A stretch of 64,000 nucleotides of DNA from Ostreococcus lucimarinus (GCA_000092065.1 CP000583.1), one strand, 5' to 3'; numbered from the stretch's first letter, positions 50,314-59,939 are shown. Numbers and translations: made by a program. The notes: generated from the sequence alone by a model not told the origin.

Positions 50314-51495
50314 TCAATCACTCTCGAGCACGTTCTCAAACTCTCGCGGCATCACGGTGCCGTTTCGACCCTTAAATTTCCCTAAAACTCCTCGCTTGCC
50401 GCCCGCCACGCTCTCCAACATTTCGCCGCTTCCAGTCGCGTCGACCCAAAACGCGCCCTCCACGAGTTTGTGCGGACTCCACTCGAAACCCGCGCGCTCG
50501 CCCACGGATTTCGTCGCCGTGACAAACTCTTCACGAGTCGGTCTCGGCTCACCCGTTCCTCGCTTCGTCGCGCTGAGAACGACGTTCACCGGCGACTCCA
50601 TGACGGGAAAGCTACACACCGGTCCGATCCACCGCTCGAGTCGCCGAGCAAAGTCCCGCACCGCCTCTCGGGCCGGTGACCCTCGCACACCGTTAAACAT
50701 ATTCAACACTAAGCTACCATCCGATTTGAGCGCCTCGCCGCACGTCTGAAGAAACGCGTCTTCGCTGAGATGACTCGGAATCTCGCCCGCGCCGTCGAAC
50801 GCGTCGACGAAGACGATATCCAAACCATCGCGCCGACGCAAAACGCTCGCGCAATCCCCCAACACCACTCGCATCATCGACGTTCCTTCACGGCTTCCAC
50901 TCTCGCTCTCGCGCGCGTCCACGAACCCTACTTTCAAGTGCTCCCTCGCCACGTCCGCGACCAAAGGATCGATCTCGCACACCTCGACGTCGCACGCCGC
51001 GAATTTCTTCTTCGCGAACGCCGGCGCCGCCCCCGATCCCAAGCCGACGTAAAACAGCCTTCCATTCGCGGTCACTAAATCCAGTCCCTTGCGCGCGCAC
51101 AGCCCGATCGACGCCGCCGTCATCACGCGCAGGTATTCGTACGGCAGCGCGTCGGCGTCGGCGCCCGCGTCGCCGACGTACGTCAGCCCTTGTTCCACCT
51201 CGTTGAACCGCAGCGAGCGCCAGGGTCCGAACGCCGCGACGCGCACGTTCCCGTTCATCGCGCTCGCGCGCTCGAACACCGTGCGCTCGTCGCGCGGGTC
51301 CCATTCCAAGTACGCGCGCTCCGACCTCGCAAAGTCCCCGCTCCATCGATTCAGCGCGCGTTCGGCGCGATCGAGGTCGATCCATCGCGCGCGCGCGCGC
51401 GCGGACGCGCGACGACGTCCGCACGATGGATCTCGCGCGTCGACGACGCGAACGAACGCGCGGTGCGCGCGCGGAAGCGCCGAGAGCGCGCGCAT
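50314..51495 (-). CDS. Spermidine/spermine synthase-like (PABS fold) methyltransferase-family protein
   Basis: RLFYVGLGSGAAPAFAKKKFAACDVEVCEIDPLVADVAREHL and DIVFVDAFDGAG are typical of the PABS/class I MTase fold. ATG 51495. Confidence 0.45.
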   Translation of the reverse strand: MRALSALPRAHRAFVRVVDARDPSCGRRRASARARARWIDLDRAERALNRWSGDFARSERAYLEWDPRDERTVFERASAMNGNVRVAAFGPWRSLRFNEVEQGLTYVGDAGADADALPYEYLRVMTAASIGLCARKGLDLVTANGRLFYVGLGSGAAPAFAKKKFAACDVEVCEIDPLVADVAREHLKVGFVDARESESGSREGTSMMRVVLGDCASVLRRRDGLDIVFVDAFDGAGEIPSHLSEDAFLQTCGEALKSDGSLVLNMFNGVRGSPAREAVRDFARRLERWIGPVCSFPVMESPVNVVLSATKRGTGEPRPTREEFVTATKSVGERAGFEWSPHKLVEGAFWVDATGSGEMLESVAGGKRGVLGKFKGRNGTVMPREFENVLESD

Positions 51496-51660
51496 GGATG
51501 TGTCGAATTAACGGCATTAATGCGCGCGGCGTTCGCGCGACGCGCGGCGCTCCGCGTCGTCGCCGCGCGCGGTCGAGGGCGCGCGAATGAGGTCGGCGCG
51601 AAAATCACGGCGATCCCTCCTGACGAGCGCGAAAATCACGGCGGCGCGCGCGATCGACAG

Positions 51661-51914
51661 GCGTGGACGTGAGCATGAACACGCACCTGAAGCAGGTGAA
51701 GCTCACGCTCAAGGGTAAAAACCCGACGGCGGTCGAACACCTGAGCGTTCGAGGGAACACGATTCGGTATTACATCCTTCCGGACTCTTTGAATCTGGAC
51801 ACTTTGTTAGTAGACGACACGCCCAAGCAAGGGAAACCGCGCGCGAAGGCGGCGGCGAGCGCCGGTCGAGGGCGCGGTCGCGGTCGAGGGCGCGGGCGCG
51901 CGCGGCCGACGTAG
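51661..51914 (+). CDS. SMD1: Small nuclear ribonucleoprotein SmD1, 3' exon only (first exon not located)
   Basis: [53 protein letters not shown]...[12 protein letters not shown] matches the SmD1 Sm2 motif and RG tail. An upstream in-frame TGA sits inside a CCTGAC branch-like motif followed by ACAG, consistent with an intron ending at 51660. Confidence 0.75.
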
Positions 51915-52210
51915 TCGGTCCGCCGTCGGCGTCCGAGCGCGTAGTATATAAAAAATGTCAGCAAATAAAGCGACGACACGCGCAACTGCTCCTTTGCGCG
52001 CGTCACTTGTTAGACCCGTCCCTTACCGACGGGGTTGTTTGTAGGACGCACATTTGCTTTCAAGAATCGCACGCGAATTGGCTTCAATCTCCTTCGGCCT
52101 AGGACTTCGAGGCCTCGGACCCCATCAGGTAGAGATACGCTTAGCAGTGGAACGCTGAACGCATCAGGCGGTGAGACAGTTAATTCATTCTGAATTACTA
52201 AATTTCCGCG

Positions 52211-55200
52211 CTACAGTACGGACTCAAGAGACCGGTTGGGGGGCAGCAGATCAGCCATTTCGCTCTTCAAACGCTCGAGAGCGTCCGCGTACGAAATGTG
52301 CGCGTTCTCTGTCTTTTTGCTCAACAACCTCCGCCAGCGAGCAAACAATGCCTCCAACGTTCGGGCACTACGAACGTAAGGAAGCACGACTTCCCACACG
52401 TACCGCATATTTTCCGTGCCCAGCCAGGTTGTTCTGTCCACCTGGAACGCACCCGCGCCGCCGCCTTTTTCGGCGAGCGCGGCCAAGGCGAACGCGATGA
52501 CGGCGTCTTCGAGGTCCGACCACATAAGATCGCCGGACCGCGTCTCGCCGTGCTCGTCGATGAGTCGCTTCGCGTTCTCGAGGAGCGCCTTGGCCTGAGC
52601 GTCGAGCGTCGCTTTTTTGTCCCTCTCTTTGGGCTCGATGTCCTCGTACTTCGCCGTTTCGCTCTTCAAACGCTCGAGAGCGTCCGCGTACGAAATGGAA
52701 TTGTTCTCTGTCTTTTTGCTCAACACCTTCCGCCAGCGAGCACACAATGCCACCGGCATTCGGCCACTACGAACGTAAGGAAGCACGACTTCCCACACGT
52801 ACCGCATATTTTCCGTGCCCAGCCAGGTTGTTCTGTCCACCTGGAACGCACCCGCGCCGCCGCCTTTTTCGGCGAGCGCGGCCAAGGCGAACACGATGAC
52901 GGCGTCTTCGAGGTCCGACCACATAAGCTTGCCGGACCGCGTCTCGCCGTGCTCGTCGATGAGTCGCTTCGCGTTCTCGAGGAGCGCCTTGGCCTGAGCG
53001 TCGAGCGTCGCTTTTTTGTCCCTCTCTTTGGGCTCGATGTCCTCGTACTTCGCCGTTTCGCTCTTCAAACGCTCGAGAGCGTCCGCGTACGAAATGGAAT
53101 TGTTCTCTGTCTTTTTGCTCAACACCTTCCGCCAGCGAGCACACAATGCCTCCGACGTTCGGGCACTACGAACGTAAGGAAGCACGACTTCCCACACGTA
53201 CCGCATATTTTCCGTGCGCAGCGCGGTTGTTCTGTCCACCTGGAACGCACCCGCGCCGCCGCCTTTTTCGGCGAGCGCGGCCAAGGCGAACGCGATGGCG
53301 GCGTCTTCGAGGTCCGACCACATAAGATCGCCGGACCGCGTCTCGCCGTGCTCGTCGATGAGTCGCTTCGCGTTCTCGAGGAGCGCCTTGGCCTGAGCGT
53401 TTAGCGTCGCCTCCGTACTCGCCCCCACTTCAGGGCGGAGCACGTATTTTTCAGCAATGCTCGCGTACTTGGCGTCGTATGTGTCTCCGTTCGCCGCGGC
53501 GAGAAGAACGCCAAAAATCAGGCGACGCATGTTCAATTGTTTGCCCGCGCGTGCGTCGACATCGCTGTACGCAGCCGCGAAGTTCTCTTTCGAGAATTTT
53601 GCGACATCGACTTTTTTGTCCGTCGATTCCATGCGACTTCGCCAGAACGTTATGAACCATGTGATTGGGGCGGACAAGCCCCCTCGAAGCAACTCTCGTA
53701 ATTGTCGTGCATTGATTGCGTCACTCTCGCGGGCGGATGCGGTTTCCACGCGCGCTACCGAACGCGCTTCCTCGGGTGAAAGCGTACCCTCGGCGCTGTG
53801 AATCAAAACGAGTAGTGAACGCAGCGCCTGCGGATACCGAATCCAATGAGCGACGAGTCGTCCGCTCAAGGCGTCACCGTACTGTGATGTCTTCGTGTGC
53901 ATCTTCGTGATCCTATATAGCTCCATGTAGACCGCCTTACTTGGCAGAATTATTTCTGCGTCGCGAAACCAAATTTCCAGCGCCGCTTCGAGACGGTCGG
54001 GTTGGCTTCGGCAAGCTTCTCCCAGGAACGCCGTAAGGAATTCCTTGTTACCCAGCGAATCGATGAGAGCGCGCGCATGACCGCCGTTTGCGTCAAAACG
54101 GAGCAAGTCTCGAAATAACGAGAGGATTGCGCCGTCTTCAATGTCGCACGCCTTCTCGTCGCCGCCGAAGAAGCGCGCCGTGAGCGACCGCGAGGACGGC
54201 TGCGCGCCCGATCCATTTCCGTTCGAGACCGCCTCGGCGCCCGCCAAAAGATCGACAAAGGCACTCCAAAAGTTTTGCGTGAAGAAAACGAGCAGCCGAT
54301 TTACTAGGTCAGGCGAGACTGTCGAGTCGGCAAAGATCGTCTCGTGACGTGCGAGCACTATGCTGCTCATGGTGCGTACCGCAGTCGCGGCGCGGTCGGT
54401 GTCTTCTCCGTAACAGCGCAGCACCCACGGGTTTGTGGCGAAGCCGGCAGTGTCTGCCATGGAGACGACCGGCACCTTGCGGTGACCGGCGATGCGAATG
54501 CCCGGCGTCGCTCGGTTCAAGGCCCACGTCGAACCCAGCTCGATCCACGTTTTCAGAAAATAGGTCCAGACTATTTCAACAAACATTCCATCGAACGCGC
54601 CCAGAGCAGCGAGCGCGTGCATTCGTACGTATTTCGGCTTGTTCGACTTGTGCGTCGCGCGGTACTCGAGGACAAAGGCCACGAATGCGCTGAGCAGTCG
54701 TCCCATTCGACGTCTCGTCGGGTGAGTGATGGCGTGGAACCGGACGTTGGCGTCGACGATAGGTTCCCAGCACTTTGATGGATTGCCGCTCACCGTGAAG
54801 TCGACGTAACGGACGAGCGTGTTGTCTCTCGCTCGAATGTGCGCTTGCTGCGCGTTGTCGCCGTCACTAATGAGGTAGTTTCGATGCTCTCCCAAGCGTG
54901 TTGAAAACCAGCGCTCCGATTCGCCGACGTACGCGCCTTCATCGGACCGCACCAGCCACACGTACGCGTTGACCGGCTCAGCGTACAACCTCGCCTTCAG
55001 GTCGCCGCGCGAGTCGCGATGTTCTCGAGACTTCAACCAATTCGATAACGTTCGTAGGTGCTCCATGAGTTCTAGCGCCCCCGACTTGTCGTCACCCAGC
55101 GTCTCGCCGACGTCGTAAAATTGCTCCACAAAAAAAGCCGGGACGTGCGTCGTACTAAAGTACGTGTGGCGCCAGGTTGACGTGTCCGCTAGATGTCCCG

Positions 55201-56821
55201 CAACTGAGGCGTCTTGAGTATCTCTGCGCTGCGCGCCGATGATGTCGCCGCTGAGCGTTTGGATGGGTGTGTCGGCGCCGCTCACCCAGCCAGGCACGCG
55301 AGCGACTTCTCGTAGGAAGGATTTGATGCTTTCGTCGCTGGCATCCTTCGGGTCGAAGGCGTCCTTGAATCCAACGAGAGGGAAGCACTCGCAGCGGTCG
55401 AGAAAAGTTAACATGGCGTCCTTCGCCTTGGACATGTTGTCCCCATCGGCGAGCCACTGCTCGGCGTCGAGCACGAACTCCTCTAAAACGGGAGACAAGT
55501 TCGCCTCGAAGTGGACGTCAAGCACCCCGCGAATCTTTGCGTTTGCGTCGTACATAGCCTTCGCGCTCCCTGCGATCGCGGGACCTACGAATCGTCGCGC
55601 GCGCGATTCCAGCGAATCATCTGAAACCTCCACCGCCGGCGCCGGGGACGGCGTCGCCGGTTTATGGGTTTGGCGACAATGGTCTAGAATTTCGCGTCGC
55701 CAATCGGTCATCTTAATAGAGCCGAATTTGGCGCGCACGTGCGCGACCTCTGCCCCTTCCCCTTCCTTCTCCTCTTCCCCTTCTTCTTCCCCTTCCCCTT
55801 CGTCTTCGTGTTCGTCTTCGTCTTCGTGTGCATCTTCGTCTTTGTCTTCGACGAATCCGTCTGCGAGTGGGGCGAACAAGTTACCGCGCGACTTGGCGCG
55901 ACGACGCGGGCGACACGCCCGCCCCGTGTGCAACTCTCGTACCGTGCCACCCGGCGACTGCTCGTGCTGCGCATCACTCTCGGCGTAGGTCGGCGAGGCG
56001 TGAAATTGTGCGGCTCGCTTGCCTGTCGCCGCCAGGATCGGAGGACTCTGCGGTTCGTCGTCACCGACCGCGTGCGCTGATGCCATCATTCGACACAAGG
56101 CGACGTCCATCGCCGTTCTCTCAATGATTTGGTCCGCATCGGCGCGGCCGCGCAACATCGCTCCGAGCGTGCCCTGAACGTCGTTCCGAGCTCGTTGAAG
56201 CGTCTCTTCGTCGGGTTCGTCGGGTTCGTCGGGTTCGGCGGGCGCGGTGCGCGGTTCGATCGATTCGTAGTGCATCTGCGCACGCTCGCCACCGCTGAGA
56301 ACGAGCGTTACGTCGATCGTAGCCTCTTCCGGCTCGATGATGACGTCGGCGTCTCCGTCGGGCGTCGCAGACAAACTGTCCGATATTACGCGCACGCGCA
56401 TCTTGTGCACGTCGGCCAACGCCATGAGCGAGAATTCGTCGCCCCACTTGCCCCCGAGCTGACCCAGGCTTGCGCACTCGGCCAGAAACTCCTCGCGTAT
56501 CTCACCCTCACTGAGATCTTCACGTCCTGCACCGTTCGCTGTATCGAGAAAACCGATGCGCACCGGCACTATATCGTCGTCGTCGACGCGACGCTCCAAC
56601 CAGGCCGCGGCTTGGTGGCGTAAAAGTTCCACCGACACTTCGCGTTCGGGATCGGTTCGTCCTATGGCGGCGACAATCGCGTGGAACTGGCAGTCGCCCC
56701 CGCCCTCGGTGGTGACTCTCTGGACGCGCTCACGGATGAGGCGCCGCTCCAACCGACCTAGTCGCGCTTCGCCGTAGAGGCGCGGGTGACGTTTTCCCCA
56801 CTCCGCGAGAACGTCTGCCAT
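52211..56821 (-). CDS. Giant OTU-domain (deubiquitinase-like) protein with acidic tract and triplicated C-terminal 133-aa module
   Basis: OTU Cys box (GGGDCQFHAIVAAIG) and His box (QMHYESI) near the N-terminus. Poly-D/E tract. About 1000 aa of unassigned sequence. Three near-identical C-terminal repeats. First ATG 56821; the ORF extends to 56854 with a non-ATG. Confidence 0.65.
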   Translation of the reverse strand: MADVLAEWGKRHPRLYGEARLGRLERRLIRERVQRVTTEGGGDCQFHAIVAAIGRTDPEREVSVELLRHQAAAWLERRVDDDDIVPVRIGFLDTANGAGREDLSEGEIREEFLAECASLGQLGGKWGDEFSLMALADVHKMRVRVISDSLSATPDGDADVIIEPEEATIDVTLVLSGGERAQMHYESIEPRTAPAEPDEPDEPDEETLQRARNDVQGTLGAMLRGRADADQIIERTAMDVALCRMMASAHAVGDDEPQSPPILAATGKRAAQFHASPTYAESDAQHEQSPGGTVRELHTGRACRPRRRAKSRGNLFAPLADGFVEDKDEDAHEDEDEHEDEGEGEEEGEEEKEGEGAEVAHVRAKFGSIKMTDWRREILDHCRQTHKPATPSPAPAVEVSDDSLESRARRFVGPAIAGSAKAMYDANAKIRGVLDVHFEANLSPVLEEFVLDAEQWLADGDNMSKAKDAMLTFLDRCECFPLVGFKDAFDPKDASDESIKSFLREVARVPGWVSGADTPIQTLSGDIIGAQRRDTQDASVAGHLADTSTWRHTYFSTTHVPAFFVEQFYDVGETLGDDKSGALELMEHLRTLSNWLKSREHRDSRGDLKARLYAEPVNAYVWLVRSDEGAYVGESERWFSTRLGEHRNYLISDGDNAQQAHIRARDNTLVRYVDFTVSGNPSKCWEPIVDANVRFHAITHPTRRRMGRLLSAFVAFVLEYRATHKSNKPKYVRMHALAALGAFDGMFVEIVWTYFLKTWIELGSTWALNRATPGIRIAGHRKVPVVSMADTAGFATNPWVLRCYGEDTDRAATAVRTMSSIVLARHETIFADSTVSPDLVNRLLVFFTQNFWSAFVDLLAGAEAVSNGNGSGAQPSSRSLTARFFGGDEKACDIEDGAILSLFRDLLRFDANGGHARALIDSLGNKEFLTAFLGEACRSQPDRLEAALEIWFRDAEIILPSKAVYMELYRITKMHTKTSQYGDALSGRLVAHWIRYPQALRSLLVLIHSAEGTLSPEEARSVARVETASARESDAINARQLRELLRGGLSAPITWFITFWRSRMESTDKKVDVAKFSKENFAAAYSDVDARAGKQLNMRRLIFGVLLAAANGDTYDAKYASIAEKYVLRPEVGASTEATLNAQAKALLENAKRLIDEHGETRSGDLMWSDLEDAAIAFALAALAEKGGGAGAFQVDRTTALRTENMRYVWEVVLPYVRSARTSEALCARWRKVLSKKTENNSISYADALERLKSETAKYEDIEPKERDKKATLDAQAKALLENAKRLIDEHGETRSGKLMWSDLEDAVIVFALAALAEKGGGAGAFQVDRTTWLGTENMRYVWEVVLPYVRSGRMPVALCARWRKVLSKKTENNSISYADALERLKSETAKYEDIEPKERDKKATLDAQAKALLENAKRLIDEHGETRSGDLMWSDLEDAVIAFALAALAEKGGGAGAFQVDRTTWLGTENMRYVWEVVLPYVRSARTLEALFARWRRLLSKKTENAHISYADALERLKSEMADLLPPNRSLESVL
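52264..53440 (-). repeat. Three tandem copies of a 399-bp unit (about 99% identical) inside the OTU-protein CDS
   Basis: Antisense ORFs 52368..52745 and 52767..53144 are identical apart from 2 residues. A third copy follows from 53166. The protein module ATLDAQAKALLENAKRLIDEHGETRSG...ISYADALERLKSE occurs three times. Confidence 0.9.
55752..55860 (-). repeat. GAA/GAG-rich simple repeat encoding a poly-Glu/Asp tract in the OTU protein
   Basis: cccttccccttccttctcctcttcc... on the plus strand, translated on the minus strand as EDEDEHEDEGEGEEEGEEEKEGEG. Confidence 0.8.
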
Positions 56822-56854
56822 GCCTCCCCGCCTCGTCTCCGCCTCGTCTGTCAC

Positions 56855-58600
56855 GCTTCCCCGTTCCGTCGGATGCGAAAACTTTCAAGAATGTGTTTTG
56901 ATATCACCCTTCTTTCCAGGGTAGAAACGCGCGTCAGTCGCGTCGTCGTCGTCGCCGCCTCGCGCGAACCTCGCGCGAACGTGTCCCTTCGCCTCCGAGG
57001 ACGCAATCGCTCGTGCGCGCGCGCGTTCGTCGCCGCGCGCGTTCGCCGCGGACGCGGCGGAGAGAACGCACGACGTTTTTCGTGACACGCGCTCGACACG
57101 CGCGCACCGCTCGCGCGCTTCCGACGCGCGCGTGGGCGGTTTCGAGCGCGCGGCGCGATCGTCCCTCGTTTCTCCGTAACGCATCGACGCTCGAGATGCG
57201 CGAACGAGACGCACGACGACGTACCGCTACCGCTACCGCTGCCGCAACCGCTATCGCGTACGCGCGCTCGCTGCGTGCTCGCTTCTTGCAATCGCGAGAA
57301 AGTGCGGCCACGAACGAGCGCCGGGTTCCTTCTGGATGAAAACGCCGATTCGTTGACCCGCCCGCCTCCCTTTTTCTGTTTTTTGCTTTTCGCCGCGATG
57401 TTTTCGCGCTTGAGAACCCGAAGCCGAGGACCGCGCCGAATCGACGCTCGCACGGGCGCCGACGCGCGTCGATCGGCGCGGCGCGATCGCGCAATCGCGC
57501 GAACGCGCGTCGACGCGCGTTCGTCGACCCCGCGATCGCGCGAACGGACGCGCGCGCGCGCGAACGCGCGCCATTCCCGACGCTCGCGCGTCGTTAACAA
57601 CGTCGCGTTCTTCGCACGCGCGCGTGGATTCGCGCGACGTGCGACGTCGGGCGCGCGCGAGCGCGCGCGACACGCGTCGATGACGGCATCGCGCGCGCGC
57701 CGACGCGCGCTGGACGCGCGGCGCGCGGAACGCGCGCCGTCGTCGCGAGTAATGTCGCGAATCGCCGCGCGCGGCGACGCGCGCGCGGCGTCGCACACGC
57801 GGGTGTGCGCGCCGTCGCACAAAGCGCTCGGCGACGCATTATACGAGCGGCGCGTCGGCGCGACGCCGCGTCGCGCGCGGTCGCGGACGAGCGCGTGCGA
57901 GCGGGGCGTTCGGAAGCGTGACGGGTGCGGACGCGTCGCGCGCGTCGTTCGCGCGGATGCGCGCGCGCGCGACGCGACGACGCGCGCGCGAATGTACGAC
58001 GATCGATTCGCGACGCTCGCGCGACGCGCTGGGCGTCGCGCGAGCGCCGCGCGGACGCGCGCTCGAGCGCGATGCGCGCGGCGATCGCGAAGACGAAACC
58101 TCGCTCGATCGCGCGCGCGCCTCGAACGCGCGCGCGCGTTCGGCGCCGAACGCGCAGCGCGCTGTGTCGCGCGCGCGCGGACGCTCGACGTGCAGATCGC
58201 CGCGCGCGCGATAAGGGTAAGTTCGTCGCGCGCGCGTCGGACGACGCGCGCGCGGCGATTTTCCGTGCGCGCGACGCGCGTTTCGCGCGTAGCGGCGCGC
58301 GCGGCGCGCGCTTCGACCGCGAAGCGCTCGATGCGCGCGCGCGCTCGAGCGAGGTTGCGTCTTCGCGACGCGCGCGACGATGCCTCGCGCGCGTCGCGCG
58401 CCGTCGCGCGCCGAACCGGCGCGCGACGCGAGCGCGAACGGCGTCCCGCCGACGCGCACTGCGCTGTTTGCGCCCACCGTGGAGACCGGCGACCGCTTCC
58501 GCGTCGACGCGAGCGTGCGAACGCACACCGCTGAAGGCGGGCGAGCGTGGACCCCGTACTCGCCGGGGCGCGACGACGCGCCGTGCGTGGTCGGGTTCGG
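56855..58600. repeat. About 1.7-kb CpG-dense, T-poor low-complexity tract (degenerate CGCGCGA/GACGCG repeats) between divergent genes
   Basis: The tract is nearly devoid of stop-forming triplets, so both strands give long Arg/Ala ORFs. There is no protein-like composition. Confidence 0.7.
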
Positions 58601-59939
58601 CGTCGTTCAAGCGGACTCTCGCATCGCATCCGAATACGACGAAGAATTGCGCAAAGCGCGCAAGTTGCGGCGAAAGCTCGGCCTAGAGCTCGTGATGGAT
58701 GTGCGCTACGCCCGAAATCGCGGGACGGTGCAGACGACCATGTCCGTGGAGACGTTCATCGATGGCGCGGGCGCCGCCGGGACGATCTTCGGGACTCGAA
58801 GTCAAAGATTCAGATTCGTCGAAAACGCGATTCGACGGCGATACCCGCGGCGCGCGCGCGCGCAAGACGACGACGACGGCCCTCCGTGCGACGCGGACGC
58901 CGCCGTCGCGTGGCTGCTCCGACAACCGCACGATTCGCGAGACAGTATCCTCGTCGAATTCGATCGCGATACCGTGCGCAAGCCTTCGTTTCCGTATCGC
59001 GTGGTGTACGAGAGCGAGTCCGGCGACGAAGGCGCGTTCGGATGCGCGCTCACGGAAGCTGAGTTCGCCGACTGGTTAGGCGGTTGGCGTCCGCCGCCGG
59101 CCGCGAATCTCGACGAATTCTTCGCGATCCTGCGGACGATGAACGTCGATTTGAGCGGCATCGATACCGTCAGGACGCGGTGGCTATGTTTTGAAATTGG
59201 CAGTGGATGGGCGAACGTGTCCCTGGCTTTAGCGGAAACGCTCGGCGACGACGTATTGTGCATCGCGATGGACCCGAAGGAAGGGCTGGAATCGACACGC
59301 GCGAAGAACCACCCGCGCGTGCTCATTCTTAACGAAGACGTGTGGGATGCCCAATTCTTCATGGACGTCAGAAGAGCCACCGCTGGGCGCGTGCTTCACG
59401 CGCACGCGTCGCCGCTGTGTAAGTATTACTCCACGGAGCAGCGCCCGAGGCGAAAAAATCTACGCGACCGCGGATTGCAGCACGTGATTGATGAAGAGCT
59501 GCTGCACGCAGACTCCATGGTGACTGTGGAAGTCGACACGTTACGACTGCTAAATCCGCTTAGCATCAGCGTGGAGAACCCGCACAACGACGCGGATGGC
59601 ATCGGCTCGCGATGCGATCTCTTGTCCGACGTGTACGCAATGCTCGACTTCCTCGTGAGGTGGAGCGTGAGCTACTGCCACTTCACAAAGGGCGAGATAC
59701 GGAAGCACACCGACCTGTACGTCACCCGCAATCTGTACGACGTCATGAAAGAGGCGAAATGGAAGGGCCTGTGCACGTCGAGGTCGCCGTGCGCGTACCG
59801 TCGCCGATCGGGGGCGAGGCAGCACAAGTCTGGCGTTCAAAACCAAAAGGGATCGGCGAAAAAAGGGAGAATCCCTTTAGCGCTCGCTCGCGACCTCGCC
59901 AAGCACGTCGGCGTTCTCAAGACGGGCGTCGCGCGTTGA
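58380..59939 (+). CDS. Divergent DNA (cytosine-5) methyltransferase-like protein (DNMT6-like?), tentative
   Basis: Motif I-like LCFEIGSGWANVSLA. Catalytic PC-like HASPLCKYYS. Motif VI-like ISVENPHND. The 5' part of the ORF lies in the CpG tract, so the true start may be downstream (for example near MDVRYARNRG). Confidence 0.4.
   Translation: MPRARRAPSRAEPARDASANGVPPTRTALFAPTVETGDRFRVDASVRTHTAEGGRAWTPYSPGRDDAPCVVGFGVVQADSRIASEYDEELRKARKLRRKLGLELVMDVRYARNRGTVQTTMSVETFIDGAGAAGTIFGTRSQRFRFVENAIRRRYPRRARAQDDDDGPPCDADAAVAWLLRQPHDSRDSILVEFDRDTVRKPSFPYRVVYESESGDEGAFGCALTEAEFADWLGGWRPPPAANLDEFFAILRTMNVDLSGIDTVRTRWLCFEIGSGWANVSLALAETLGDDVLCIAMDPKEGLESTRAKNHPRVLILNEDVWDAQFFMDVRRATAGRVLHAHASPLCKYYSTEQRPRRKNLRDRGLQHVIDEELLHADSMVTVEVDTLRLLNPLSISVENPHNDADGIGSRCDLLSDVYAMLDFLVRWSVSYCHFTKGEIRKHTDLYVTRNLYDVMKEAKWKGLCTSRSPCAYRRRSGARQHKSGVQNQKGSAKKGRIPLALARDLAKHVGVLKTGVAR

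Noticed and set aside
52090-52175. Possible 5S rRNA or U6 snRNA fragment (GCTTAGCAG and TGGAACGCT matches)
   Set aside because: Only 9-nt matches were found. The flanking sequence does not follow either RNA consensus or secondary structure.
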